Numbered from the stretch's first letter, positions 27,114 to 36,155 are shown. The stretch: DNA of 64,000 nt from Thermomicrobiales bacterium (GCA_030447415.1 JAUJOZ010000019.1:9929-73928); one strand, 5' to 3'. Notes: a model not told the origin generated them from the letters alone. Made by a program: numbers and translations.

Positions 27114-28466
27114 GTGGCGCTCACCCCCGCGCACGTGTCCGAAGCACACTCCAGGGACCTGACCGAGAACGAACGACACATCGTGGACGAGATCGCGCGG
27201 CGCCGTGACGAACTGGTGGCGCTGACAATCGATCTGATCGGCTTCGACACGACCGCGCGCGAGCACGACGATGATCCACCCCGCGACGAGAGTGCGCTTC
27301 AGAAGTACCTGGCGGCGCGGCTGCGCGCGGCCGGAGCCGAAACGGATCTCTGGGAGCCGGCGCCCGAGGACATTGCCGGCAGTCCGATGACGCCGACGGG
27401 GCTGCGCTTCGACGGCCGCCCCCAACTCGTCGCTCGCTTCCCCGGGGCGGGGAGCGGTCGCAGCCTTCTCTTCAACGGCCACATTGATGTGGTCACGGTC
27501 GAACCCCGGGAGCGTTGGACGAGCGACCCCTTTCGGGCTGAGGTGCGCGCGGGCAAGCTCTACGGTCGCGGCGCCTGCGACATGAAGGGCGGGATCGCGT
27601 CGATGGTCTTCGCGGCGGAGATCCTGGCCTCACTCGGGGTACGCCGCGCCGGCGATCTGATCGTTTGCACGGTCACCGACGAAGAGTCGACTGGAGCCGG
27701 CGCCCTCGCCGCAGTCGCCCACGGCGTCCGCGCCGACGCCGGCATTGTGACGGAGTCAACCGACTTCGAAGTCAAGATCGCCTGTCGCGGTTCCCTGATC
27801 CCGACGATTACCGTCCTCGGTCGACCCGGCCACGCCGGCTGCCCACAGCCGCACTGGCGGGCGGGCGGTGCCGTCAACGCGATCGACAAGGCGAGCGTGG
27901 TCGCCAACGCCCTACGCCGGCTCGAAAGCGACTGGCGGCAGCGAACCGAACACCACCACCCCTCCTTGTGGCTGGGTTTGATGGTGCGGTTCCTGATCTG
28001 GGTCGGGGAATGTATCAGCAGCACCCCACCCTCGCGCCGCCTCGTCTACCACATCGCCTACCCCCCCGGGCAGGCAGACGCCGACGGTTGGGGTAGGCAC
28101 GTCCGGGAAGAGGTCGCCGACTGGGTGATGCGCGCGACCCAGGCGGACCCGTGGCTCGCGGAAACGCCCCCCATCATCGAGTGGGCGCCCGAGGTTCCGG
28201 CCGCGGCGGTCGCGCCCGACGAACCGATCGTGCCCATCATGTTGGCCGCGAGCGCCGATGTCGGCCGCCCCGGCCGGGCGTGGGGAATGGACGGTTGGTA
28301 CGACGGCGCCACCTTCACTCTGGGCGGAACGCCGTCGATCGCCTTCGGTCCGGGCAACGGCAGCAAGGTCGCCCACATCGTCGACGAGTACACCTCGGTC
28401 GACGACTTGGTCGCCGCCGCACAGGCCCTCGCGCTGGCCGCGGTTCGCTTTTGTGGAGAGGCGTGA
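27114..28466 (+). CDS. M20-family metallopeptidase (ArgE/DapE/acylase-like)
   Basis: 450 aa. LLFNGHIDVV and GRGACDMKGG are the M20 metal-ligand/catalytic motifs. Confidence 0.8.
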   Translation: MALTPAHVSEAHSRDLTENERHIVDEIARRRDELVALTIDLIGFDTTAREHDDDPPRDESALQKYLAARLRAAGAETDLWEPAPEDIAGSPMTPTGLRFDGRPQLVARFPGAGSGRSLLFNGHIDVVTVEPRERWTSDPFRAEVRAGKLYGRGACDMKGGIASMVFAAEILASLGVRRAGDLIVCTVTDEESTGAGALAAVAHGVRADAGIVTESTDFEVKIACRGSLIPTITVLGRPGHAGCPQPHWRAGGAVNAIDKASVVANALRRLESDWRQRTEHHHPSLWLGLMVRFLIWVGECISSTPPSRRLVYHIAYPPGQADADGWGRHVREEVADWVMRATQADPWLAETPPIIEWAPEVPAAAVAPDEPIVPIMLAASADVGRPGRAWGMDGWYDGATFTLGGTPSIAFGPGNGSKVAHIVDEYTSVDDLVAAAQALALAAVRFCGEA

Positions 28467-28529
28467 AGATTCCGGTCCGCGGCCGCGTCTTTCGCAATTG
28501 CCGGTTGGCCTGCTCGCCCGCCGGCGAAA

Positions 28530-29591
28530 TCACAGCTCCGTCGCGTAGTCCCGGTTCTCGGGCTTGAGGCGCGGGTCGGTGCCGAGGAAGGCGTGCTTGG
28601 ACATGTCGGCGGCGTAGCGGCTGGCCGGTGGTGTCCGGCCGAGAGCCTCGGCCATCGCCCGGATGTGGTGCGGCCCGGCGCCGCAGCAGACGCCGAGGTA
28701 GCGAACCCCGATGTCGTAGGCGTCGCGCGCGAAATCGGCGATCTCGTAGCGGGTGCAGGTGAACGGATCCAGGGCGACCGGGAACGGCCGTCCACCCGGG
28801 ACTTCGGGGTAGGCGGGGTCGCGCAGCGACTGGAACGAGGGCTCCTCGTCGTGCGTCCGGTAGGGGACGGGCAACGCCGCGACGTGACCGTTCACCCGCT
28901 CTCGGATCGCGCGGAGCAGCGGGAGCATCGTGCGCGGCCCACGGATGCAGTTGAGCCCGACGACGTCCGCACCGGCGGCCTCCAGCCGCGCGCACGCTTC
29001 CTCCGGCGCCCACCCGTCGCGTGTCTCAGGCGCCTGATGGATCGCCAGGGTCATCACCGCCGGCTTGCCGGCCCGCTTGATGACGTCGAGCGCGATCAGC
29101 GCCTCCTCGCCCCACGAGAAGGTCTCGCCGATCACGAAATCAACCCCCGCCTCAACCGCCCAGCCGACCTGCTCCTCGAACATGGCGCGGACGGTCCGCC
29201 GCGAGGTGTCGTCCGCGACGAAGACATTGGTGTTACAGATGTCACCGGCGAAGAGCGTTCCGATCTCCGCCGCGACCCCCTTCGCGATCGCTAGGGCCTG
29301 GCGGTTCATCGCCTCAAGCAGGTGCTCCTTGCCAATCAGCCGGAGCTTCTCGCGGTGGGCGTAGTAGGTGAACGCTTCGACGACGTCCGAGCCGGCATGG
29401 ACGAACTCGCGATGGAGCTGCGCGACGAGGTCGGGGTGCTCGAGGACCACCTCGGGCACGTAGGCGCCGGCCTGGAGATACCCGCGTCGCTCGAACTCGA
29501 ACAGGTATCCCTCCGCGCAGATCACGGGTCCGGCTTGGAGCCTCTCCAGGAGGCCGACCTTGTTTCCGTTCGCGCGTACTCCATCGTCCAT
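28530..29591 (-). CDS. betaine-homocysteine S-methyltransferase-like (Hcy-binding domain) protein
   Basis: 353 aa. The N-terminus GLLERLQAGPVICAEGYLFEFERRGYLQAG...HPDLVAQLHREFVHAGSDV is colinear with animal BHMT. Zinc cysteines are present in GLNC and GVCCGAGP. Confidence 0.75.
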   Translation of the reverse strand: MDDGVRANGNKVGLLERLQAGPVICAEGYLFEFERRGYLQAGAYVPEVVLEHPDLVAQLHREFVHAGSDVVEAFTYYAHREKLRLIGKEHLLEAMNRQALAIAKGVAAEIGTLFAGDICNTNVFVADDTSRRTVRAMFEEQVGWAVEAGVDFVIGETFSWGEEALIALDVIKRAGKPAVMTLAIHQAPETRDGWAPEEACARLEAAGADVVGLNCIRGPRTMLPLLRAIRERVNGHVAALPVPYRTHDEEPSFQSLRDPAYPEVPGGRPFPVALDPFTCTRYEIADFARDAYDIGVRYLGVCCGAGPHHIRAMAEALGRTPPASRYAADMSKHAFLGTDPRLKPENRDYATEL

Positions 29592-29647
29592 CGGTCTCGT
29601 CCCTCCCGCGGACGCCTCGCCGGTCGGTTCGATCGCTCATCGGGTGG

Positions 29648-30838
29648 TTAGCGGCGGAGGACAACCTCGTTGCGAAAGATCGGTCGGAAGGTGGGGTCGG
29701 TCAGCGCCGGGCGGTCGGCCCGGAACGGCGTGATTGGGTACTCGGTCCGCCCGTCTAGTGCGAGCTGGCTCAGGATCCGGCCCAAGAGGGTAGCGAACTT
29801 GAAGGCGTGGCCGCCATCGACGGCGACCGTAATCCGCGACTGGCCTGGGACCGCGTCGAGGACGAAGTTGCGGTCGGGCGGCATGGTGTAGAGGCATGTC
29901 TTGGTGCGCAGCTCCGGGCCGAGGAAACGCGGGAGATGCGCCTCAAGGAAGCGGACGAGCCGCTCGTGCGTCCGAGGGTTCGGCTCGAAGGTCCGCGACT
30001 CCGCGGTGACCTCCTCGCCCCCGACGTCCTGGCCCGCCTTGGTCGCGACCTCGCCGTAGATCGGGAAGCCGTAGAACTCCTCCGGCGCCCGCCAGATCCA
30101 GACCGGGAACCGGTCCGAGGCAAACTCGCGCACGTGGGGCGTGGCGAAGTAGGTCACCTGTTCCTGGGTGACGGTTAGCGGCCAGATGATACCGAGGCTC
30201 TGCAGAAGGTGGTTGGTCCACGCCCCGGCCGCGATGACGACGTGCCGGGAGGAGAACGTTTCATGGTCCGTGATGACCTCGACCGCGTCTCCCACCAGCT
30301 TCAGGGCGAGGACGCGGAGCCGCTCGCGGATGGTGGCGCCGTGCAGGCGGGCGAGCGCGACGTGAACGGCGTTGGCCTTGGCGGCGTCGACCAGGCCGCT
30401 GTCGGCCTGGTACAGCCCGTGGGCGCCTTCCGGTAGCCGGAATTGGGGGTACCGGTACATCACCTCCCCGGCGTCCAGTTTGTCGTATGGGATGCCGTGC
30501 GCCGCCATTGATAGAGCGCAGTGGGTGAGGTCCTTGGGACCAGTCGTCCCGACCATCCCCAGATCCAACCCGCCGGTCTTGTAGACAAGCCGGATGCCGG
30601 ACTCGGCCTCGAGTTCCGCCCACAGCTCATAGGCGGGCGCGGCCAGGGCAATGTAGGCCGGATCGTGGTAGGAGCGGCGGATGATGCGAGAGTGGTCCTG
30701 CGAGCTGCCGTGGTCGTGGCCGAGATGGAACTGCTCGATGGCCAGGACATCGGCTCCAACCCGCCGCGCCAGATGGTACGCAGCCGCGCTGCCGATCCCG
30801 CCGCAGCCGACGACGATGACCTCGTACGCGCGTCGCAT
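29648..30838 (-). CDS. monomeric sarcosine oxidase / N-methyl-amino-acid oxidase family flavoprotein
   Basis: Start at MRRAYEVIVVGCGGIGSAAAY (FAD dinucleotide fold). MSOX-family core motifs (SSQDHSRIIR, GGHAFKF). The long upstream extension of the ORF to 31423 is judged non-coding. Confidence 0.85.
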   Translation of the reverse strand: MRRAYEVIVVGCGGIGSAAAYHLARRVGADVLAIEQFHLGHDHGSSQDHSRIIRRSYHDPAYIALAAPAYELWAELEAESGIRLVYKTGGLDLGMVGTTGPKDLTHCALSMAAHGIPYDKLDAGEVMYRYPQFRLPEGAHGLYQADSGLVDAAKANAVHVALARLHGATIRERLRVLALKLVGDAVEVITDHETFSSRHVVIAAGAWTNHLLQSLGIIWPLTVTQEQVTYFATPHVREFASDRFPVWIWRAPEEFYGFPIYGEVATKAGQDVGGEEVTAESRTFEPNPRTHERLVRFLEAHLPRFLGPELRTKTCLYTMPPDRNFVLDAVPGQSRITVAVDGGHAFKFATLLGRILSQLALDGRTEYPITPFRADRPALTDPTFRPIFRNEVVLRR

Positions 30839-30982
30839 CGTGTCATGCTCCCTTGGGTGGCGTCCGTCGTCGACATCGTGACGCGCTGGCCGGAGACCCG
30901 AGAATCGCAGCAGGATCTGTCCATATCCTCGGCTGAACGCGGCCTCACCGAAGCCGCGCACGAACAAGAGCGCGCGCAGACC

Positions 30983-31092
30983 CGCGACCCCGAGGGGGCG
31001 AGCGGTTGTGCCGCCAGCCACCGTCGCCAACCAGCAGCGCGACCCCGAGGGGGCGAGCGGTTGTGCCGCCAGCCACCGTCGCCAACCAGCAG
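30983..31092. repeat. perfect 55-bp tandem duplication (2 copies)
   Basis: 30983-31037 and 31038-31092 are identical: CGCGACCCCGAGGGGGCGAGCGGTTGTGCCGCCAGCCACCGTCGCCAACCAGCAG. Confidence 0.95.
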
Positions 31093-31712
31093 GCCGCGTC
31101 GTGCGCCGACGCGCGTCATCGCGACCCGCCCGGGATCGAGATGCGTATGGTGCCACATCGCCTTGAGGTCGAACTCCCCGGCCTCCCCGCGCTCGGCCAC
31201 CGTGGGCCAGGGCATGGGCACGGAGGGGCGACCATGGGAAGCACGACGCGGATCTCGCGAGCCATTGCCCAGTCATATCCCGCCCCTCTAGGATCTCGCT
31301 TCGCTCGGCACCGCGCCTGGGTCCGACCCACCTGGAGCGGACGGTGCCTCCGCTTCTTCCGCCCCCGTCTCTTGCACGAGCAAAGGGCGGAACCGCAGGT
31401 CCGTAGACGGTCGTTCGAGCCACAGACTATTAGGAGGGCTCGTCCTGCCGCGCGCTAGGCGCCGGCCGGGGCATCACATCCTGACCTGAGGTGGCCCACC
31501 AGCCGGTCCTTGCCGGGTTTCGTGATGGCACCAAGAACACGCCCTCGGCCCGCGACGACGTGGCGTCCTCACGACGGGTGTGCCCGGTTCGGCGTGTGTG
31601 ATCGGTGCGTCGCCGCGCCGATAAGCCCGTGTGGCGTTCGCCGTCGGGCATCGTTCGTCGGCGGCACGATACATGCCGTGGACGGCAGGCGGAGGGGGAG
31701 GAGGGAGCGCCA

Positions 31713-33005
31713 GTGGACAATGCCAGAGACCTGCTCGAGGACGGGACGGGCGAGAGCCGCTTGCTGCGTACCCTGGAGCAACTCCTGGCGCTCGAAGGGA
31801 CCGACCTGCGCTCGGCGCTCGATCAGGCCTCGCAAAAGGTCGCGGAGGCAGTTGGGGCCGACAAGGTCGACGCCATGTTCCACGACCCGACAACCGATAC
31901 CCTCGTCGCGGTCGGCACCAGCCCGACTCCGATGGGGCACCGCCAGGTTGCCATCGGGATGGACCGGCTTCCCGTCGTCAACGGCGGACGCGAGGTCGAG
32001 GTTTTCCTCACCGGCACCCCCTATCTGACTCGGCACGCGGACCAGGATCCCGAGCAACTTCCCGGCATCATCGAGGGCCTCGGCGTACGGTCGGCGATCA
32101 TCGTCCCGCTCGCGGTCGACGGCCAGCGCCGCGGCGTGTTCGTCGCCTCGGCGGCCGCACCGGAGCGCTTCTCGGAAAAGGACCCGCGCTTCCTCCAAGC
32201 AGTCGCCCGCTGGATCGGCGCGCTCGCCCACCGGGCGGAGTTGGTCGAGCGGATCGCGGCCGAAGCGACAGAGCGTGGTCGTCAGGTCGCCGCGGAGGAA
32301 TTGATCACCGTCCTGGCGCACGACCTCGGCAACCACCTGGCTCCCTTGAAGGCCCGCATCGACTTACTCCGCCGCCGCGCGGGCCGAGAGGGCCGCGCGC
32401 GCGACGTCAACGACGCCGACGAGGCGATTCGGGCGCTCCAGCGTTTCAGTCGCCCCATCACCGACCTGCTCGCCGCCGCCCGGCTGGAGCAGGGCATTTT
32501 TGTCGCCAGCCCGCAACCAGTCGACCTCGCCTCGTTGGCCCGGGAGACCTCCGAGGTGTTCGCCACGCGCGAGATTCGGATGGACGTGTGGGCTCCCGAT
32601 GAACTGATCGTTCACGCCGACCCCGACCGGATCCGACAAGCTCTGGAGAACCTGCTGGCCAACGCCGTCAAGCACTCTCCCGAGCAAGGGATCGTCGTCA
32701 TCGAGGTCGGGACGGAACCGCGGACGGACGGAGAGTGGGCGACGGTCACGGTGAGCGACCAGGGGCCGGGCTTGCCGCCTGAGCTTCTCCCTCGGTTGTT
32801 CAACCGCTTCACGCGCGGCAGCGCGTCGTCCGGTCTCGGCTTAGGGCTTTATCTGGCGAGCCGCATTGCCGACATTCACGGCGGCACCCTCGCGGTCGAC
32901 TCCCGGCCCGGAGAGGGGGCGACGTTCCGCCTGACGTGGCCAGTTGCCGAGCGGCCGAGCACGGATGGCAGCACCGCCCCCGCAGCCTCAGTGGACCGAG
33001 CCTGA
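31713..33005 (+). CDS. GAF-domain sensor histidine kinase
   Basis: GTG start preceded by GGAGGGGGAGGAGGGA. GAF-like N-terminal half. H-box LAHDLGNHL. N/G boxes LLANAVKHSP, DQGPGLP and GLGLGLYL. Confidence 0.8.
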   Translation: MDNARDLLEDGTGESRLLRTLEQLLALEGTDLRSALDQASQKVAEAVGADKVDAMFHDPTTDTLVAVGTSPTPMGHRQVAIGMDRLPVVNGGREVEVFLTGTPYLTRHADQDPEQLPGIIEGLGVRSAIIVPLAVDGQRRGVFVASAAAPERFSEKDPRFLQAVARWIGALAHRAELVERIAAEATERGRQVAAEELITVLAHDLGNHLAPLKARIDLLRRRAGREGRARDVNDADEAIRALQRFSRPITDLLAAARLEQGIFVASPQPVDLASLARETSEVFATREIRMDVWAPDELIVHADPDRIRQALENLLANAVKHSPEQGIVVIEVGTEPRTDGEWATVTVSDQGPGLPPELLPRLFNRFTRGSASSGLGLGLYLASRIADIHGGTLAVDSRPGEGATFRLTWPVAERPSTDGSTAPAASVDRA

Positions 33006-34321
33006 GCGCCCTGGATCCGACTTGCCCACCTTGGGGTCAGTGCCGCCCAACGTTCCCGGGCGTCGGCCGTGGTGAACTGCCAGTCGATCCGCTGGACGCT
33101 GGCGTTGCGGCGCTCGGCCCAGGCCCGCGTGGCCGCGGTCATGGCGTCGCGGTCGGGCAACCTTCTGCCGGAGGCACTGCCGCTCGAGCACGCTCAGCCT
33201 CGAGCTCGGCCATGTTGAGCCAGCTGCCGTGCTTGGGGTGTGTGGTGCAGCTCCAGCTTGTCGGCGAGGCGCTTGGCCTCGGCCGGGCTTCTCGGCCGGC
33301 GAGAAGGCGGCGTAGAGCGAGGCGGGCGAGTGGGTGTTGAGCTGGTCCAGCACGAGGACGATCTTCTCGGCGGCGGGGTAGTGGACGTCGACGAGCTCCG
33401 CCATGCAGCGGGCGAGGTCGAGCCGCGTCCGCTGGTCGCTGACCAGGACCGTGCGCCAGCCCCGGAGCGGCTCCGTCGCCACGAAGAGGTTGACGACCTC
33501 GCCGCGGGCGTACTCCGGGGTCGTGGCGGGCGGGGCGGCCCGGCGCCGCGGGCAGCGGGGGCCGGACCTCCCCGAGCAGCTGCCGGCTGGTCTCGTCGAG
33601 GCACACGACCGGGCGGGCCGGGTCGAAGGGGCGCGCGTAGACCGCCAGCACGTCCTCCATGCGCCAGACGAAGTCGGGGTCGGCGGTCGGGGCCAGGCAC
33701 CACTGCTCGCTCAGGTGCGGCTTGAGCGCGTTTTTGAGCGTCTGGCGCACCGTCTCGTGGAGACGGCCTCCACCTCCGTCTGGCGCACCGTCGTGGGAGA
33801 CGGCCTCCACCACCTCCAGGCGCACCAGCTCGTCGGCCAGCAGGCGCACCAGCTCGTCGGCCAGCAGGCGCAGGCTCCAGCGCGCCTGGCCGTCCGGGGG
33901 CGCGGAGCAGGCCAGCGCGACGAGGTGCGCCTCCTGCGCGCCGTCCAGCCGCCGCTCGTACACGCGGTCCGGCCGTCGCCGCTGCAGCGCCGCCGCCAGC
34001 CCTTCGGCGACGAATTGGCGGCGCACGCGCAGCACGGTGCTCGGGTCGGGTTGACGTCCAGCGCCCCGGCGATGGCGGCGTCGGACCACCCCGGGCCGCC
34101 GTCGCCGTGGTCGGCCTTGAGCAGGATGCGGGCGCGGGTCAGCGTCCGGGCGGGCGCGGTCCCGCTCCCGACGAGGCCGCGCAGCTCGGCGCGCTGTGCC
34201 TCGGAGAGGACGACGCGGTACGGGTACGCCATGGCGGGGCCTCCGGAGCAAGGCGGCGGGGCCAATGCCCACGCACCGCACACGCCCTGCCGCCAGCAAA
34301 TCACGGCTGACACTCAGAGCA
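32988..34321 (-). mobile_element. IS630-family element (different member from 7863..8969), transposase multiply frameshifted
   Basis: N-terminal [21 protein letters not shown]...[11 protein letters not shown]. Central [14 protein letters not shown]-terminal [12 protein letters not shown]...[15 protein letters not shown]...IDWQFTTADARER. The pieces lie in three frames, and there are internal 24-bp and ~38-bp duplications. The ends are approximate. Confidence 0.7.
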
Positions 34322-34324
34322 CTA

Positions 34325-35180
34325 GGGTCTGTTGGCAAACCCATGGTTCCGTTGGCACATGGTACGACGACACGAACTGACGGACGAGCAATTCGCGCGG
34401 CTGGCCCTCCTGCGCCCTCCGAGAAACGAACGACGGGGCGGCCCAACCTCGAACACCGGACGGTCCTCAACGGCATCCTCTGGCGGCTTCGCACCGGCGT
34501 CCCCTAGCGCGACCTGCCCGAGCAGTACGGAAAACTGGCAAACCGTGTCCTCCCGCTTCCGCCGCTGGCAGCGGGCGGGGGTCTGGGCGCGGGTCCTGGC
34601 GGCGCTCCGGGCCGAGAGCGACGCGGCCGGGAACCTGGACTGGAGCCTGCACTTCGTCGACGGGACGGCCGTCCGTGCCCACCAGCACGCGGCAGGCGAC
34701 CGGAAAGGAGGGCGGCGACCAGGCGCTCGGCCGCTCCCGCGGCGGCTTTTCGACCAAGCTCCCCGTCCGGGCCGAGCGTGGCGGCAAGCCGGTCGCCGTC
34801 GTCGTGACCGCCGGCCATCGCCACGAGCAGCGGGCACTGCCGGCGCTGCTGGACGCGGGGGCGGTCAAGCGGCCGGGGCGCGGGCGGTCGAAGCTGCGCC
34901 CCGAGCGCGTGGCCCGGGACAAGGGCTACAGCAGCCGGAAGGCGCAGGGTGAGCTGCGGCGGGGGATCGGCGCGGTGGTCCCGCCCAGGCGCGACGAGCG
35001 CCGCGCCGGGCGGTTCGACCGCGCCGCCTACCGGGAGCGCAACCGGGTCGAGCGCCTCATCAACCGGCTCAAGCGGCACCGGGCGATCGCCACCCGTTAC
35101 GAGAAGCTGGCCGCCCACGACGAGGCGGTCCTGACCATCGGCTGCATCCTGCTCTGGTTGTCGGCTTTGTCAACGCGCCC
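34325..35180 (+). mobile_element. IS5-family (IS427-like) element, transposase multiply frameshifted
   Basis: The left end GGGTCTGTTGGCAAAC resembles the end of the 7229..7859 copy. LTDEQFARL..., [12 protein letters not shown]-stop, WQTVSSRFRRWQRAGVW...VRAHQHAAG and ALGRSRGGFSTKL...DKGYSS...NRVERLINRLKRHRAIATRYEKL lie in different frames. The right end GGCTTTGTCAACGCGCCC finishes at ~35180. Confidence 0.75.
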
Positions 35181-35575
35181 TCGTACGAGCCGACGATCTT
35201 CCAGTACGGGTCCTTGCGCGCGATCAGGCCGTCGCGAAACTCCCAGAGGTCGCACCCGCGCACCGCGATGCGCTCGCCCGCCGTCGTGGTCCCGGTCAGC
35301 AACCACTCCGAGACTCCCCGGTCCCCGCAGACCCAGTGCCGGTCCTCTGAGTAGCGGACGTCGGGAATGCCCGTGAAGCGCCCGGCCAACCCCTCCCGCA
35401 CCGCGGCCTTGCCGACGAAGCGGTTCCCCCACGGGTCCGACCCGCGCGGCACCTCCAGCACCGCGTCCTCGGCGAAGAAGGCCATGATCGCGTCGAGGTC
35501 GTGGCGGTTGAAGGCGGCCAGCACCCGCTCCAGCGTCTCGACGGTGACCGCTTGTGTCACGCCTCGCCACGACAT
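35069..35575 (-). CDS. SnoaL-like / NTF2-fold protein, 3' end replaced by IS sequence
   Basis: MSWRGVTQAVTVETLERVLAAFNRHDLDAIMAFFAEDAVLEVP... is a SnoaL_2 pattern. From ~35180 leftwards the ORF reads antisense through the IS5 end, so the last ~37 codons are foreign. Confidence 0.6.
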   Translation of the reverse strand: MSWRGVTQAVTVETLERVLAAFNRHDLDAIMAFFAEDAVLEVPRGSDPWGNRFVGKAAVREGLAGRFTGIPDVRYSEDRHWVCGDRGVSEWLLTGTTTAGERIAVRGCDLWEFRDGLIARKDPYWKIVGSYEGALTKPTTRAGCSRWSGPPRRGRPASRNGWRSPGAA

Positions 35576-35585
35576 CCTTGACACA
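35559..35585. repeat. 27-bp inverted repeat, left arm (covers the start codon region of the SnoaL-like gene)
   Basis: ACGCCTCGCCACGACATCCTTGACACA. Its reverse complement matches 36129-36155 at 26/27 positions. Confidence 0.9.
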
Positions 35586-35701
35586 TGTTGGCATGCAGCC
35601 GTGGCAGTGATGGCGAGGGGTGGCCCGCTTGACACGCGTACGATTGCCGCACGCCGCTCGGCGTGCGGACGGCGTGGCAGGGAACCGGGAAGCCCGCGCC
35701 G

Positions 35702-36028
35702 CTACGCGCCGGGCGCTCGGTACCGGACTTGCCCGACCTTGCGCAGGGCCTCCAGCGTTTCCTCGACGGTCAGGAGGACCGTCGTTTCATACGAGCTCAG
35801 CGCGCCGCCGCTGCTGATCGCCAGCGCCACCGCAGCCATGGACACGTTGTCGGGGGCCTCCCAGAGGGTGTAGCCATCGTGGGTGCCGAAGGCGTACCAG
35901 AACCCATGGAGCTTTCCCCCGACCGACTCGATGTACGCCTGAGCGGCCTGTCGGCGGTCCTCCGGGTTACCGATCAGCCGGGCCCAGGTCCCCGGCGTGT
36001 AGCTGAACCTCGTGAGATAGAGCGGCAT
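35702..36028 (-). CDS. GYD-domain protein
   Basis: 108 aa from MPLYLTRFSYTPGTWARLI..., with GGGAGGA 6 nt upstream. This has the GYD-family size and N-terminal pattern. Confidence 0.65.
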   Translation of the reverse strand: MPLYLTRFSYTPGTWARLIGNPEDRRQAAQAYIESVGGKLHGFWYAFGTHDGYTLWEAPDNVSMAAVALAISSGGALSSYETTVLLTVEETLEALRKVGQVRYRAPGA

Positions 36029-36128
36029 CGTTCCTCCCTTTCGTTCGCCGACCCGCGCGAGCCGGGGTTGGGTGTCGACGTATGACCCGCCCGGACACGA
36101 CGCGCTCTGCCAGGCCTGACTGCGCGTA

Positions 36129-36155
36129 TGTGTCAAAGATGTCGTGGCGAGGCGT
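36129..36155. repeat. 27-bp inverted repeat, right arm
   Basis: TGTGTCAAAGATGTCGTGGCGAGGCGT. It lies ~100 bp upstream of the GYD gene start. Confidence 0.9.

Noticed and set aside
27951-28080. A suspected frameshift in the M20 peptidase around WLGLMVRFLIWVGECISSTPPSRR.
   Set aside because: The alternative frames are worse (one has a stop). The in-frame GE-ISS-P...RLVYHIAYPPGQ fits the usual M20 dimerisation-domain pattern, so the gene is taken as intact.
30983-31092. A CRISPR-like or other repeat array.
   Set aside because: There are only two directly abutting identical units with no spacers. No cas genes, and no repeat-spacer periodicity, occur anywhere in the window.
30839-31300. A glycine riboswitch in the leader of the sarcosine oxidase/BHMT operon.
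   Set aside because: I read the minus strand and found no GGAGAG...CACCG...CTCTGGAGAG...ACCGAAGGGGCAA-type cores.
30839-31423. A 195-aa N-terminal extension of the sarcosine oxidase ORF (29648..31423).
   Set aside because: MSOX-family proteins begin at the FAD-binding GxGxxG strand, which here follows the ATG at 30838. The upstream part crosses the 55-bp tandem repeat and has no protein-like character.
7229-35180. The two IS pairs acting as a composite transposon carrying the 24-kb block.
   Set aside because: All four transposases are frame-disrupted, and one IS5 copy lacks an end. The paired members are diverged paralogs rather than identical copies, and I saw no matching target-site duplications. 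It is retained only as a positional observation.
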